Below, piece by piece: positions 20,391 to 28,761 of a DNA stretch of 59,164 nucleotides (its first letter is position 1; each line of letters begins with the position of its first letter). Under the pieces are notes generated by a model that worked only from the letters and a program-made list of their open reading frames with translations, was not told where the DNA came from and ran no database searches. Both the position numbers and the translations under genes were made by a program. This stretch comes from Candidatus Daviesbacteria bacterium RIFCSPHIGHO2_02_FULL_36_13 (lineage in GTDB: Bacteria > Patescibacteriota > Microgenomatia > Daviesbacterales > UBA10151), in contig MFCV01000048.1 in NCBI GenBank assembly GCA_001777015.1, positions 5,341 to 64,504 on the forward strand. Reading direction: 5' to 3'.

Positions 20391-21485
20391 ATGAGAATCG
20401 GCATTGATGGGCGATTTTTGAATGAGTCAGGGGTAGGTAGATATATAAGAAATCTAATTTCAAATCTTAAGGACTTGGATAAGCAAAATCAGTATTTTAT
20501 TTTTTTACTGAAAGAAGATTATGAGAAATTTACAGAAACAAAAAATTTTAAAAAAGTCTTGGCAGATTTTAAGTGGTATGGATTTATTGAACAAGTTAAG
20601 TTTCCCAGCCTTTTAAAAAAATACAATTTAGATTTAGTTCATTTCCCTCATTTTAATTTCCCTATTTTTTATAAGAATAACTTTATTGTAACTATTCATG
20701 ATCTAATACATCAGCATTTTAATATGGAGCATTCTACAACTCATGGTCCTCTTATTTATAAACTAAAAACCTTGGGATATAGAACAGTTTTTAAGCATGC
20801 AGTAAATAAATCATCTCAAATATTAGTTCCCTCAGAATATGTTAGAAAACAATTAATAAATGACTGGAAAATAAATAGTCAAAAAATTACAGTTACAGCA
20901 GAGGGAGTAGAAGATAGCTTACTAGCTAAAGGTGGAGAATTGCCAGATGGTGTTAGGAAACCTTATATTTTTTTTGTAGGAAATGCTCACCCCCATAAAA
21001 ATGTAGAAGGGCTTATTAAAGCTTTCTTGATCTTAAGAAAAAAATATCAATATTTGCAGTTAGTACTAGCAGGGAAAGATAGTTATTTCTGGAGGAAGTT
21101 ACTTGAGAAATACCAACACAGTGATATTCTGTATACGGGTTTTGTTCCTGATAAAAAATTAGTCACTCTTTACAAAGAAGCTGATGTTTATGTAGAACCA
21201 TCTTTTGAGGAAGGATTTGGAATACCAATATTAGAAGCTATGGCTTTAGGAACTGCAGTTGTTTCATCAAGGTTAGGCAGTTTGCCGGAAGTAGGGGGAG
21301 ATGCGGTTTTATATTTTAATCCAAATGATTCAGACGATATGGTTAATAAAATTTCACAGGTCTTAAATTCAAAGAAGTTAAGAAAAGAATTAATTGAAAA
21401 TGGTAAGAAAAGAGTTAAACTTTTCAGTTGGAAAAAAATGGCTGAACAAACATTGGAGGTATATGCGAGTAGCAATCGTTCATGA
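20391..21485 (+). CDS. GT4-family glycosyltransferase
   Basis: EEGFGIPILEAMALGTAVVSSRLGSLPEVGGDA. Confidence 0.85.
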   Translation: MRIGIDGRFLNESGVGRYIRNLISNLKDLDKQNQYFIFLLKEDYEKFTETKNFKKVLADFKWYGFIEQVKFPSLLKKYNLDLVHFPHFNFPIFYKNNFIVTIHDLIHQHFNMEHSTTHGPLIYKLKTLGYRTVFKHAVNKSSQILVPSEYVRKQLINDWKINSQKITVTAEGVEDSLLAKGGELPDGVRKPYIFFVGNAHPHKNVEGLIKAFLILRKKYQYLQLVLAGKDSYFWRKLLEKYQHSDILYTGFVPDKKLVTLYKEADVYVEPSFEEGFGIPILEAMALGTAVVSSRLGSLPEVGGDAVLYFNPNDSDDMVNKISQVLNSKKLRKELIENGKKRVKLFSWKKMAEQTLEVYASSNRS

Positions 21486-22479
21486 TGATTTAGTCCAGTG
21501 GGGAGGAGCAGAGAGAGTTTTGGAGGGGCTTTGTGAAATTTATCCAGACGCCCCAATTTATACTTCTGTTTTTGATAAATCCAATAAAGAATTAAATAAG
21601 AGGTTTGGAAAGAAAAAAATTATCACTTCTTTCTTGCAAAAAATTCCATGGTGGAGATCTTTGTATAAACCACTTTTTTTCCTATACCCAATAGCTTTTG
21701 AGCAATTCAATTTTGACGAATATGATTTAGTTATATCTAACACCACTCGTTTTGCAAAATGTATTATCACCAAACCTAAGACTGTGCATATTTGCTACTG
21801 TCATACACCCCCCAGGTTTTTGTGGCATTTTTCCGATTCAGAAAACTTTGGAATAGGTGAAATCTTTATGAATACACTTAAAAATTTTGATCAAATTTGG
21901 GCTAAGAGAGTAGATTTTTTTATTGCAGGATCCGAAAACGCCAAGACAAGGATTAAAAAAGTCTATAACGAAAACAGCAAGGTTTTGTATCCATTCGTTG
22001 ATCTAAAAAGATTTGAAAATGTTGAAACTTTTGATGGAGAATATTTTGTATTAGCTGGGAGACCTAGTAAATATAAAAGATTTGATTTAGCTGTGGAAAC
22101 CTGCAGGCAGATTGGAGTGGATTTAAGGATTATTGATGGAAATTTATCTGAAGAGATGGTTGTTTTAGTACTATCCGGGTGTAAGGCGCTTATAATCCCA
22201 GGGGTTGAGGATTTCGGTATAGTTTCTCTTGAGGCACAGGCTTTAGGAAAGCCAGTTATTGCATTTAAAGAAGGGGGAAGCCTGGAAACAATAATAGATA
22301 GTAAAACAGGAGTATTTTTTGAAAAACAAAGTATCGAGTCTTTGAAAGAAGCTATGCATAAATTGAATTCTATAAAAATTGATCTACAGAATTGTAAAAA
22401 TAATGCAAAACGTTTTAGTAAGAATAATTTTATAAGTGACTTTAGGCAAATTGTTGCATCTTTGTTGTACACTAAGTAA
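21463..22479 (+). CDS. GT4-family glycosyltransferase
   Basis: Start moved to ATG 21463, preceded by GGAGGT, giving MRVAIVHDDLVQWGGAERV. EDFGIVSLEAQALGKPVIAFKEGGSLETI. Confidence 0.8.
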   Translation: MRVAIVHDDLVQWGGAERVLEGLCEIYPDAPIYTSVFDKSNKELNKRFGKKKIITSFLQKIPWWRSLYKPLFFLYPIAFEQFNFDEYDLVISNTTRFAKCIITKPKTVHICYCHTPPRFLWHFSDSENFGIGEIFMNTLKNFDQIWAKRVDFFIAGSENAKTRIKKVYNENSKVLYPFVDLKRFENVETFDGEYFVLAGRPSKYKRFDLAVETCRQIGVDLRIIDGNLSEEMVVLVLSGCKALIIPGVEDFGIVSLEAQALGKPVIAFKEGGSLETIIDSKTGVFFEKQSIESLKEAMHKLNSIKIDLQNCKNNAKRFSKNNFISDFRQIVASLLYTK

Positions 22480-23111
22480 TGGCTATGTATGATTTCCTAA
22501 AAAGGATTGTGGATATTATTGGTTCGACTCTAGGGTTAATAATTTTGTCCCCAATATTAATTATTGTTGCGATTGCTATAAAGTTGGATTCCGAGGGACC
22601 GGTGCTAGCTGATACTCCAATGCGGGCCGGTAAAGACGGAAAGCTCTTTAGAATTTATAAATTCAGGTCTATGGTTAAAGATGCACACGAAATCTTAGGA
22701 AAAAATCCAAAACTTTTGGAAGAATATAAAAAAAATAGCTATAAAATATTTGATGATCCAAGAATAACTAGATTTGGTAAATATTTACGCAGATTTTCTT
22801 TGGATGAACTGCCTCAATTTCTAAATATTTTAAAAGGGGATATGAGTTTAGTGGGGCCAAGGGCATATTATCCTTATGAATTGGAGGAGCAGCAAAAGGC
22901 ATATCCTACCTCTCGCAAATTTGTTAAGATTATTTTATCAGGTAAACCTGGAGTTACGGGGCTTTGGCAGGTGTCCGGTAGATCTGAGATTAATTTTGAA
23001 AAAAGAGTTAAGATGGATGCAGAGTATATCAAGAAAAAATCACTTTTTTATGATTTTCTGATTATGCTGAAGACTATCCCAGCTGTTATTTCTGGAAGAG
23101 GAGCTGTTTAG
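22479..23111 (+). CDS. Initiating phosphoglycosyl transferase (bacterial sugar transferase, PglC/WbaP C-terminal type)
   Basis: Single re-entrant helix, then KFRSM, DELPQFLNILKGDMSLVGPR and PGVTGLWQVSGRS motifs. Confidence 0.9.
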   Translation: MAMYDFLKRIVDIIGSTLGLIILSPILIIVAIAIKLDSEGPVLADTPMRAGKDGKLFRIYKFRSMVKDAHEILGKNPKLLEEYKKNSYKIFDDPRITRFGKYLRRFSLDELPQFLNILKGDMSLVGPRAYYPYELEEQQKAYPTSRKFVKIILSGKPGVTGLWQVSGRSEINFEKRVKMDAEYIKKKSLFYDFLIMLKTIPAVISGRGAV

Positions 23112-24974
23112 ATGAATTCAATAAAATTTGGCTATTCAAGAAAATTACCTACAAATAAAAACAGAAGGAGAGTATTGGTTGTTTTAGGGATTTTGCTGAT
23201 AGCTTTATTAATTCCTTCAATTTTTGCATTTCTTGGACTAAGCTCTGCTGCCAGTCATAGTAAAGGGATTGTGGCCGCTTATAAGGCTCAGAATTTTGAT
23301 CAGCTTCAGAATGAAGTAAAAGCTACAAAAGGGGCTTTGCAGCAGGCAAATATATCTTTAGGATTTCTTTTTTGGCTTAGGATAGTACCATTTTTAGGAG
23401 GATATTATGGGGATGCTAAAGGATTTGTGGGCGCTGGAGCAGAAGATTTAACTGCTGTTGAAACTCTTCTGAAGAATATGTCCTCCGACTCTCAGGAGCT
23501 TGGGTTTGATGGTCACCCCAAAAGTGGACCTGATAGAGTAACTCAGGTTGTTAAAATTTTAGATAAATCCTTTCCCCATTTAGATAAGGTTGAGAAAAAT
23601 TTCAAAAAAGCAGCTGATCAGGTGAAGAATATTGATGTTAATAAATATCCTGAAAAGATAGCAGGTAAAGATTTAAAAGCAAATTTGGAAGTGGCCAAGA
23701 ACTTTATCATAGGTGCGTCTGTTGCTGTTTCTGAAGGCAGAGATGCTTTAAGGTTGGCCCCACAGGCTTTAGGTATACCATCTTCAAAAAACTATTTTAT
23801 GCTTTTTCAAAATGATAAAGAAATACGGCCAACAGGAGGATTCTTAACAGCTTTTGCAACGCTTTCTATAAATAATGGTCAGGTAGATACTACAACTTCT
23901 GATGATATATACAGATTGGATGAAAGATTGCTTGCAACTTGCAGATCTAAAATTTGTCCTTTATCTCCTCCGGCTCCTTTAGTTAAATACCTGCCTGAAG
24001 TTACAGGTAAGCCTCGTTCTGCCTGGAGCATGAGAGATTCTAATCTTTCTCCAGATGTACCAACTTCTGCAAAAGAATTTGAAAGAATATATCAGATGTT
24101 GGGCGCAGGTTTTCCTTTTGATGGAATTATGTTTATTGATTCACAAGTTGTGGAGGAGTTGATTGAGGTGACAGGTCCTATAGAGGTTTATGGAACTAGC
24201 TATACTTCGGAAATAGATAAAAGGTGTAATTGCCCGAATGTTATTTATGAGTTAGAAAATTATGCTGAAGTTATTGAAAAAGGGGAGCAGGACAGAAAAG
24301 CAATTTTAGGAGTTTTAATGCAGCAGATTTTAGCAAGGTCTATTGGAGCTGATGTTGAAAAACTGCCTCAACTTATTGAAACAATAGCAAGATTGGCCAA
24401 TCATAAGCATGTAATTTTCTATATGAAAGATACTGGTTTGCAAAATGCATTGTCTAAATTGAATTGGACAGGGGAGGTAAAATCATATGATGGAGATTAT
24501 CTACATATCAATGATGCTAATTTTGCAGGAGGCAAATCCAACCTATATGTTGAACAAACAGTAACTCAGGATATCAGTATAAAAAATAACAAAGTCACTA
24601 AAAAAATCACAATAGAATATAAAAATCCTCAAGGATTTAACATTTGGCTTAATGGTATAAACAGAGATTTTGTAAGGCTTTATGTTCCTCAGGGTAGTAA
24701 ATTAATTCAAGGCAAAGGTTCAGAGGATGGAGTAAGGCAGACAGAAGATGAGTTGGGAAAAAGTGTCATTGAGGCCTTTATTACTGTCAGACCTCAAAAT
24801 AGCAGGAAGCTTGAAGTAGAATATGAATCTCCATATAATCCAAAAGATGATTATAAACTTATGATTCAGAAACAGCCTGGTGCAAAAGATCATCATTACA
24901 AGATTAAAATTAATGGTTCGGGGAAAGCTGATTTTAAATTGGATATGGACAAAGAATTTAAATTCGACATCTAA
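23112..24974 (+). CDS. DUF4012-like membrane-anchored extracytoplasmic protein
   Basis: N-terminal TM. The MLFQNDKEIRPTGGF motif matches my recollection of the DUF4012 QNNAE-R-TGG signature. 620 aa. Confidence 0.6.
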   Translation: MNSIKFGYSRKLPTNKNRRRVLVVLGILLIALLIPSIFAFLGLSSAASHSKGIVAAYKAQNFDQLQNEVKATKGALQQANISLGFLFWLRIVPFLGGYYGDAKGFVGAGAEDLTAVETLLKNMSSDSQELGFDGHPKSGPDRVTQVVKILDKSFPHLDKVEKNFKKAADQVKNIDVNKYPEKIAGKDLKANLEVAKNFIIGASVAVSEGRDALRLAPQALGIPSSKNYFMLFQNDKEIRPTGGFLTAFATLSINNGQVDTTTSDDIYRLDERLLATCRSKICPLSPPAPLVKYLPEVTGKPRSAWSMRDSNLSPDVPTSAKEFERIYQMLGAGFPFDGIMFIDSQVVEELIEVTGPIEVYGTSYTSEIDKRCNCPNVIYELENYAEVIEKGEQDRKAILGVLMQQILARSIGADVEKLPQLIETIARLANHKHVIFYMKDTGLQNALSKLNWTGEVKSYDGDYLHINDANFAGGKSNLYVEQTVTQDISIKNNKVTKKITIEYKNPQGFNIWLNGINRDFVRLYVPQGSKLIQGKGSEDGVRQTEDELGKSVIEAFITVRPQNSRKLEVEYESPYNPKDDYKLMIQKQPGAKDHHYKIKINGSGKADFKLDMDKEFKFDI

Positions 24975-25597
24975 TGCAATTTTTTGATATTTCTCTAACA
25001 ATTCAAAATTCCATGTTGGTTTGGAGGGGGGATTCTCCTGCTGAAGTGGATAGATTTGCCATAGTTGAGAAGGATGGTTATGGGCAGTCTAATTTAAAAC
25101 TAACTACTCACACAGGTACTCATGTTGATGCCCCAAATCATTTTGTAGCAGGAGGGAATGGAGTTGATCAAATTCCACTTGAGAAATTAATAGGTTCTTG
25201 TAAAGTTTTAGACTTAACAAATATTGGAAGATTGGAAATATTACCTGAGGATCTTGGTGAAGTACAAAAAGGGGACAGAATACTGTTAAAAACAGGAAAC
25301 TATAAATTAATGAAGCAGTCAACATTTCCTGAGGAATATGTATCTTTATCAGCAGAGGCGGCTAAATTCTTAGCAGAAAAGGAAATTAATTTAGTGGGGA
25401 TAGATTTTTTAGGGATAGAAAAAGAGAAGAATCCAGGACATCCTGTACATGTGACTTTGCTGAGTGCTGGTGTGGTGAATGTTGAAGGATTAGATCTAGA
25501 AAACATAGAGCCAGGGGAGTACGAATTAATTTGTTTACCTTTAAAAATCAAAGATGGTGACGGCTCCCCCGCCAGGGTTGTGCTTATAAAAAGGTAA
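24974..25597 (+). CDS. Cyclase-family protein (arylformamidase/kynurenine formamidase-like)
   Basis: THTGTHVDAPNHF metal-binding motif; 207 aa. Confidence 0.75.
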   Translation: MQFFDISLTIQNSMLVWRGDSPAEVDRFAIVEKDGYGQSNLKLTTHTGTHVDAPNHFVAGGNGVDQIPLEKLIGSCKVLDLTNIGRLEILPEDLGEVQKGDRILLKTGNYKLMKQSTFPEEYVSLSAEAAKFLAEKEINLVGIDFLGIEKEKNPGHPVHVTLLSAGVVNVEGLDLENIEPGEYELICLPLKIKDGDGSPARVVLIKR

Positions 25598-25612
25598 GAG
25601 TAAAATTCCCTA

Positions 25613-26233
25613 ATGAGAGGGTTTAAGACAGAAGGCATTATTCTTAAGAGAAAAAATTTTGGGGAAGCTGATAGGATTTTAACTGTATTTACTTTACAAA
25701 GAGGTAAAATTTCTATTGTTGCCAAAGGAGTCAGAAGAATTACTTCCCGCCGTGCTGGGAATGTTGAACTTCTAAATAGAGTTATCCTATTTTTATATCA
25801 GGGAAGAGGAATGCCTATTTTAACTGAAGCAGAAGGCATAGAGAATTTTGAAAAACTAAAATCAGATCTAACTTTATCCACAGTGGCCTTTCATATTATC
25901 GAACTAATAGATAAATTAACTGCAGAGAATCAGGAGAATAGACTTCTTTATGAGCATTTAGTAAATTGTTTAAAGAGACTGGAAAGAAATCCAAGACAAA
26001 TTTTTATTAGAGCATTTGAGGCAAAGATTTTAACAAACTTAGGATTTGCAGATTTTAAAGATCCTTTAATTGTGAAATTAGTTAATTCAAACTGGGATGA
26101 AATTGAGAAGATTGAGATAGATAAAAAACAGGCTCTGGAACTTGAGAGGGTATTAAGATATCATTTAGAAAGAACCATTGAGGGTCAATTGAAGTCTAGG
26201 AGATTGCTTCGCTTCGCTCGCAGTGACGACTAA
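25613..26233 (+). CDS. recO: DNA repair protein RecO
   Basis: N-terminal OB-fold signature TEGIILKRKNFGEADRILTVFT. ~200 aa. The C-terminal tail LLRFARSDD is encoded by a GC-rich repeat. Confidence 0.8.
   Translation: MRGFKTEGIILKRKNFGEADRILTVFTLQRGKISIVAKGVRRITSRRAGNVELLNRVILFLYQGRGMPILTEAEGIENFEKLKSDLTLSTVAFHIIELIDKLTAENQENRLLYEHLVNCLKRLERNPRQIFIRAFEAKILTNLGFADFKDPLIVKLVNSNWDEIEKIEIDKKQALELERVLRYHLERTIEGQLKSRRLLRFARSDD
26205..26230 (+). repeat. GC-rich repeat half-site tgcttcgcttcgctcgcagtgacgac (same family as 27579-27601 and 51588-51664)
   Basis: Direct comparison with 27579-27601 (tgcttcgcacttcgtgctcgcag) and with the right arm of the 51588-51664 palindrome (cacttcgtggcctcgcaatgacg). 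Confidence 0.6.
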
Positions 26234-26234
26234 T

Positions 26235-27560
26235 ATGGCAGATGATTTAATGTCAAAAATTGTGGCTCTTTGTAAACGCAGAGGATTTATATATCCTGGG
26301 AGCGAGATTTATGGTGGTTTAGGAGGAACCTGGGACTATGGACCTACAGGAGCTCTTTTAAAAAAGAATCTTAAAGATCTTTGGTGGAAGGAGATGGTCC
26401 AACTACGGGATGATATTGTAGGAGTGGATGCTGCTATTATGATGAATCCTAAGGCTTGGGTGGCATCAGGACACGTTGAGGCCTTCTCTGATCCATTGAT
26501 TGAATGTAAAGTCTGCAACCAAAGGTTTAGGGCAGATAAGATTGATGAAATTGAAGAACATGCTGCTTCTCACAAAGAGAAAGTTGAGTGGACAGAGCCA
26601 CAACAGTTTAATTTATTAGTTAAAGCTTACCTTGGGGTATTAGAAGGCAAACAATCAGAAATTTATTTAAGAGGAGAAATTACTAACGGAGTTCATGTTA
26701 ATTTTAAAAATGTGCTAGATTCAACAAGAGTTAGGATTCCTTTTGGTATTGCTCAAATTGGTAAAGCTTTTAGAAATGAGATAACGCCTGGAAATTTTAC
26801 CTTTAGATCAAGAGAGTTTGAACAAATGGAAGTTCAATTTTATATAAGGCCAGAAGTTGAAGAGGGAAATAAATGGTTTGAATATTGGAAGCAAAATAGA
26901 ATGGATTTTTATTTATCCTTGGGAATGAAAAAAGAAAACTTAAGATTCAGGGATCATGCAGAAGGGGAAAGGGCTCACTACGCCAAAGCTGCGTGTGACA
27001 TTGAATATAATGCCCCATTTGGTTGGAGTGAATTTATGGGTATACATCACAGGGGTGATTGGGATCTCTCAAGGCATATGGAACATTCTGGTCAGGATAT
27101 GAAATTTAGGGATCCAGAAACAGGGGAAGAGTTTATTCCTTGGGATATAGAAACTTCAGCTGGAGTAGACAGATCAACACTATTTTTACTTATTGATGCA
27201 TATACAGAAGACCCTTCGACAGGCTCAGGGCAAGGGAGGATTTATTTGAAGCTTTCTCCAAAGATTGCGCCATATAAAGCTGCTGTATTTCCTTTGCTTG
27301 CTAATAAACCTGAATTAGTTGAGAAAGCAAAAGGAATTTATGATGATTTGAAACAAAACTTCATGGTGGCTTGGGATGCCAGAGGTAATATTGGTAAAAG
27401 ATATGCTGCTCAAGATGAGATAGGAACACCATTTTGTATCACAGTTGATTTTGACAGTTTGGAAGATGAAGCGGTCACAGTTCGTGATAGAGATAGTGCC
27501 AAGCAGGAAAGAGTAAAGATAGTTGACTTAAGGGCATATCTTAATGATAAGATTAAATAG
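26235..27560 (+). CDS. glyQS: Glycine--tRNA ligase (alpha2 dimeric type)
   Basis: KRRGFIYPGSEIYGGLGGTWDYGP, FRNEITPGNFTFRSREFEQME and YAAQDEIGTPFCITVD motifs. Start placed at ATG 26235, just after the recO stop; GTG 26223 in the track is in frame. Confidence 0.9.
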   Translation: MADDLMSKIVALCKRRGFIYPGSEIYGGLGGTWDYGPTGALLKKNLKDLWWKEMVQLRDDIVGVDAAIMMNPKAWVASGHVEAFSDPLIECKVCNQRFRADKIDEIEEHAASHKEKVEWTEPQQFNLLVKAYLGVLEGKQSEIYLRGEITNGVHVNFKNVLDSTRVRIPFGIAQIGKAFRNEITPGNFTFRSREFEQMEVQFYIRPEVEEGNKWFEYWKQNRMDFYLSLGMKKENLRFRDHAEGERAHYAKAACDIEYNAPFGWSEFMGIHHRGDWDLSRHMEHSGQDMKFRDPETGEEFIPWDIETSAGVDRSTLFLLIDAYTEDPSTGSGQGRIYLKLSPKIAPYKAAVFPLLANKPELVEKAKGIYDDLKQNFMVAWDARGNIGKRYAAQDEIGTPFCITVDFDSLEDEAVTVRDRDSAKQERVKIVDLRAYLNDKIK

Positions 27561-27578
27561 CTGGAAAAATGAAGGACC

Positions 27579-27601
27579 TGCTTCGCACTTCGTGCTCGCA
27601 G
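27579..27601 (+). repeat. GC-rich repeat half-site / hairpin ctgc-ttc-gcac-ttc-gtgc-tc-gcag immediately downstream of glyQS
   Basis: Nested inverted repeats gcac/gtgc and ctgc/gcag. Direct repeat of 26205-26227. Confidence 0.6.
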
Positions 27602-27605
27602 AACC

Positions 27606-28502
27606 TTGCCTTTTGATATGAATCAAAACGTGAAACTGCTTTTGACAGTCCACAAAAAGACTGTCATTTTAGTTGGAGTCTTATTTTTACTTCTTTTTGG
27701 GGGCTACTTTGTTTTCCAAAATTATTCCAGCAAAGGGCCTATTGAAGAAGTTGATCTAAACTTTGATGCAGAAGGTCCTTATGCTCTCCTATCCCCAAGA
27801 CGTGATGGAAATGCTTTAGTTCTAACTGTCAAAAGAACCTCTTCTTATGATGCGATCTCCTATGATTTAGCTTATACCAGCAATGTTGATGAGACTATAG
27901 TTACAGGCAGAAAGATCTCTGAGGATGGAGAAGAAGGGGCGGCAGGCAGTATAGACAGGGGAGTATCAGGGACAATCAATACAGAAGATAAAAAAGGAGA
28001 ATATGAACAAGAAGTTTTATTTGGAACTTGTTCTAAGAATGTTTGTAAATATGATCAGGGTGTAGAGAATGGAACTTTGACACTACATATCACAAAAGGC
28101 AAGAAAGTATATAGGATGATTACCCAGTGGCATTTGCAGAAGCCTGATGTGGCTTTGGGCAAACTGACATCTGGAGATGGACATTTAATCTACACTACTT
28201 CTGCTGATAGGCAAACACTCTCCAATGTTGGATTTTCTATAATTAATGACTTAACAGGGGTGCCTAAGCTGCCTTCAGGCAAAATTATTTCTGGTAAAGT
28301 TTATTCTTTAAATGTTCCTTTAGCTAAATCTCTGCCAGGGGGAGATATAAGCTTAGAATTGGCGGAAAATCCAGGAGATGGAGCTAAACTTTATAGGCAT
28401 AATGGAAATGATTGGACAGAGCTAGATACTAAAGTTGAAGGCTCAAAGTTTTCTGCTACGGCAGATGGTGCAGGCATCTTTGCAGTGTTAGTTGGGAAGT
28501 AG
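27606..28502 (+). CDS. Hypothetical membrane-anchored extracytoplasmic protein
   Basis: ORF with one N-terminal TM (VILVGVLFLLLFGGYFVF) and a beta-rich-looking ectodomain. Start is either TTG 27606 or ATG 27618. Confidence 0.5.
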   Translation: MPFDMNQNVKLLLTVHKKTVILVGVLFLLLFGGYFVFQNYSSKGPIEEVDLNFDAEGPYALLSPRRDGNALVLTVKRTSSYDAISYDLAYTSNVDETIVTGRKISEDGEEGAAGSIDRGVSGTINTEDKKGEYEQEVLFGTCSKNVCKYDQGVENGTLTLHITKGKKVYRMITQWHLQKPDVALGKLTSGDGHLIYTTSADRQTLSNVGFSIINDLTGVPKLPSGKIISGKVYSLNVPLAKSLPGGDISLELAENPGDGAKLYRHNGNDWTELDTKVEGSKFSATADGAGIFAVLVGK

Positions 28503-28640
28503 CTCATTACGGCAAAAAGCACCCTTCGGCTAGTAAATCTCAAACATACAGGTTATCTCTAGCCTCATTGTGGGAAAATTTGTGATTTAGTACTGCACAC
28601 AAATTTTCTAACTGCTTTTGTGCTCGTAATTTCGCTACTT
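28501..28640 (+). ncRNA. Candidate structured RNA / conserved intergenic element, copy A
   Basis: Gapless ~82% identical (hand count 115/140) to 42775-42914. Three helices: P1 28506-28511/28625-28630, P2 28528-28533/28559-28564, P3 28574-28584/28598-28608. All are preserved in the other copy, with 4 compensatory pair changes. Confidence 0.5.
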
Positions 28641-28684
28641 CTTAGAAGTTTTTCCTCAAAATTCCCTCTTGACAAGACATTGTT

Positions 28685-28726
28685 AAATGGCGGAAAATGG
28701 TTATAGATGGTGAAATAAGGTGAAAA
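28685..28726 (+). promoter_or_regulatory. Four 10-bp-phased direct repeats (aaATGGcgga aaATGGttat agATGGtgaa atAAGGtgaa): putative MraZ operator
   Basis: The GG of each box ends at 28690, 28700, 28710 and 28720, 42-77 nt upstream of the mraZ ATG. A TTGACA hexamer lies at 28669-28674. Confidence 0.5.
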
Positions 28727-28731
28727 CCTAG

Positions 28732-28747
28732 TAATATTCTGCCCAGA
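28732..28747 (+). promoter_or_regulatory. Putative mraZ -10 region (taatatt) followed by CTGCCCA, shared with the ftsZ promoter
   Basis: atattctgcccaga at 28734-28747 is identical to 41590-41603, and similarity continues through aga. Confidence 0.4.
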
Positions 28748-28761
28748 AAGAAGATGTCTTC

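Noticed and set aside
27211-27238. GC-rich patch cccttcgacaggctcagggcaaggg within glyQS, encoding PSTGSGQG and reminiscent of another palindromic repeat family
   Set aside because: There is no second copy in this window, the inverted repeat is only 5 bp, and GlyRS proteins normally have a variable linker here. An insertion cannot be demonstrated from this sequence alone.
28669-28698. TTGACA at 28669-28674 as the -35 of the mraZ promoter
   Set aside because: No acceptable -10 lies at 16-18 nt; the best is GAAAAT at an 18-nt spacing. The hexamer is noted only as context for the repeat array and not called as a promoter.
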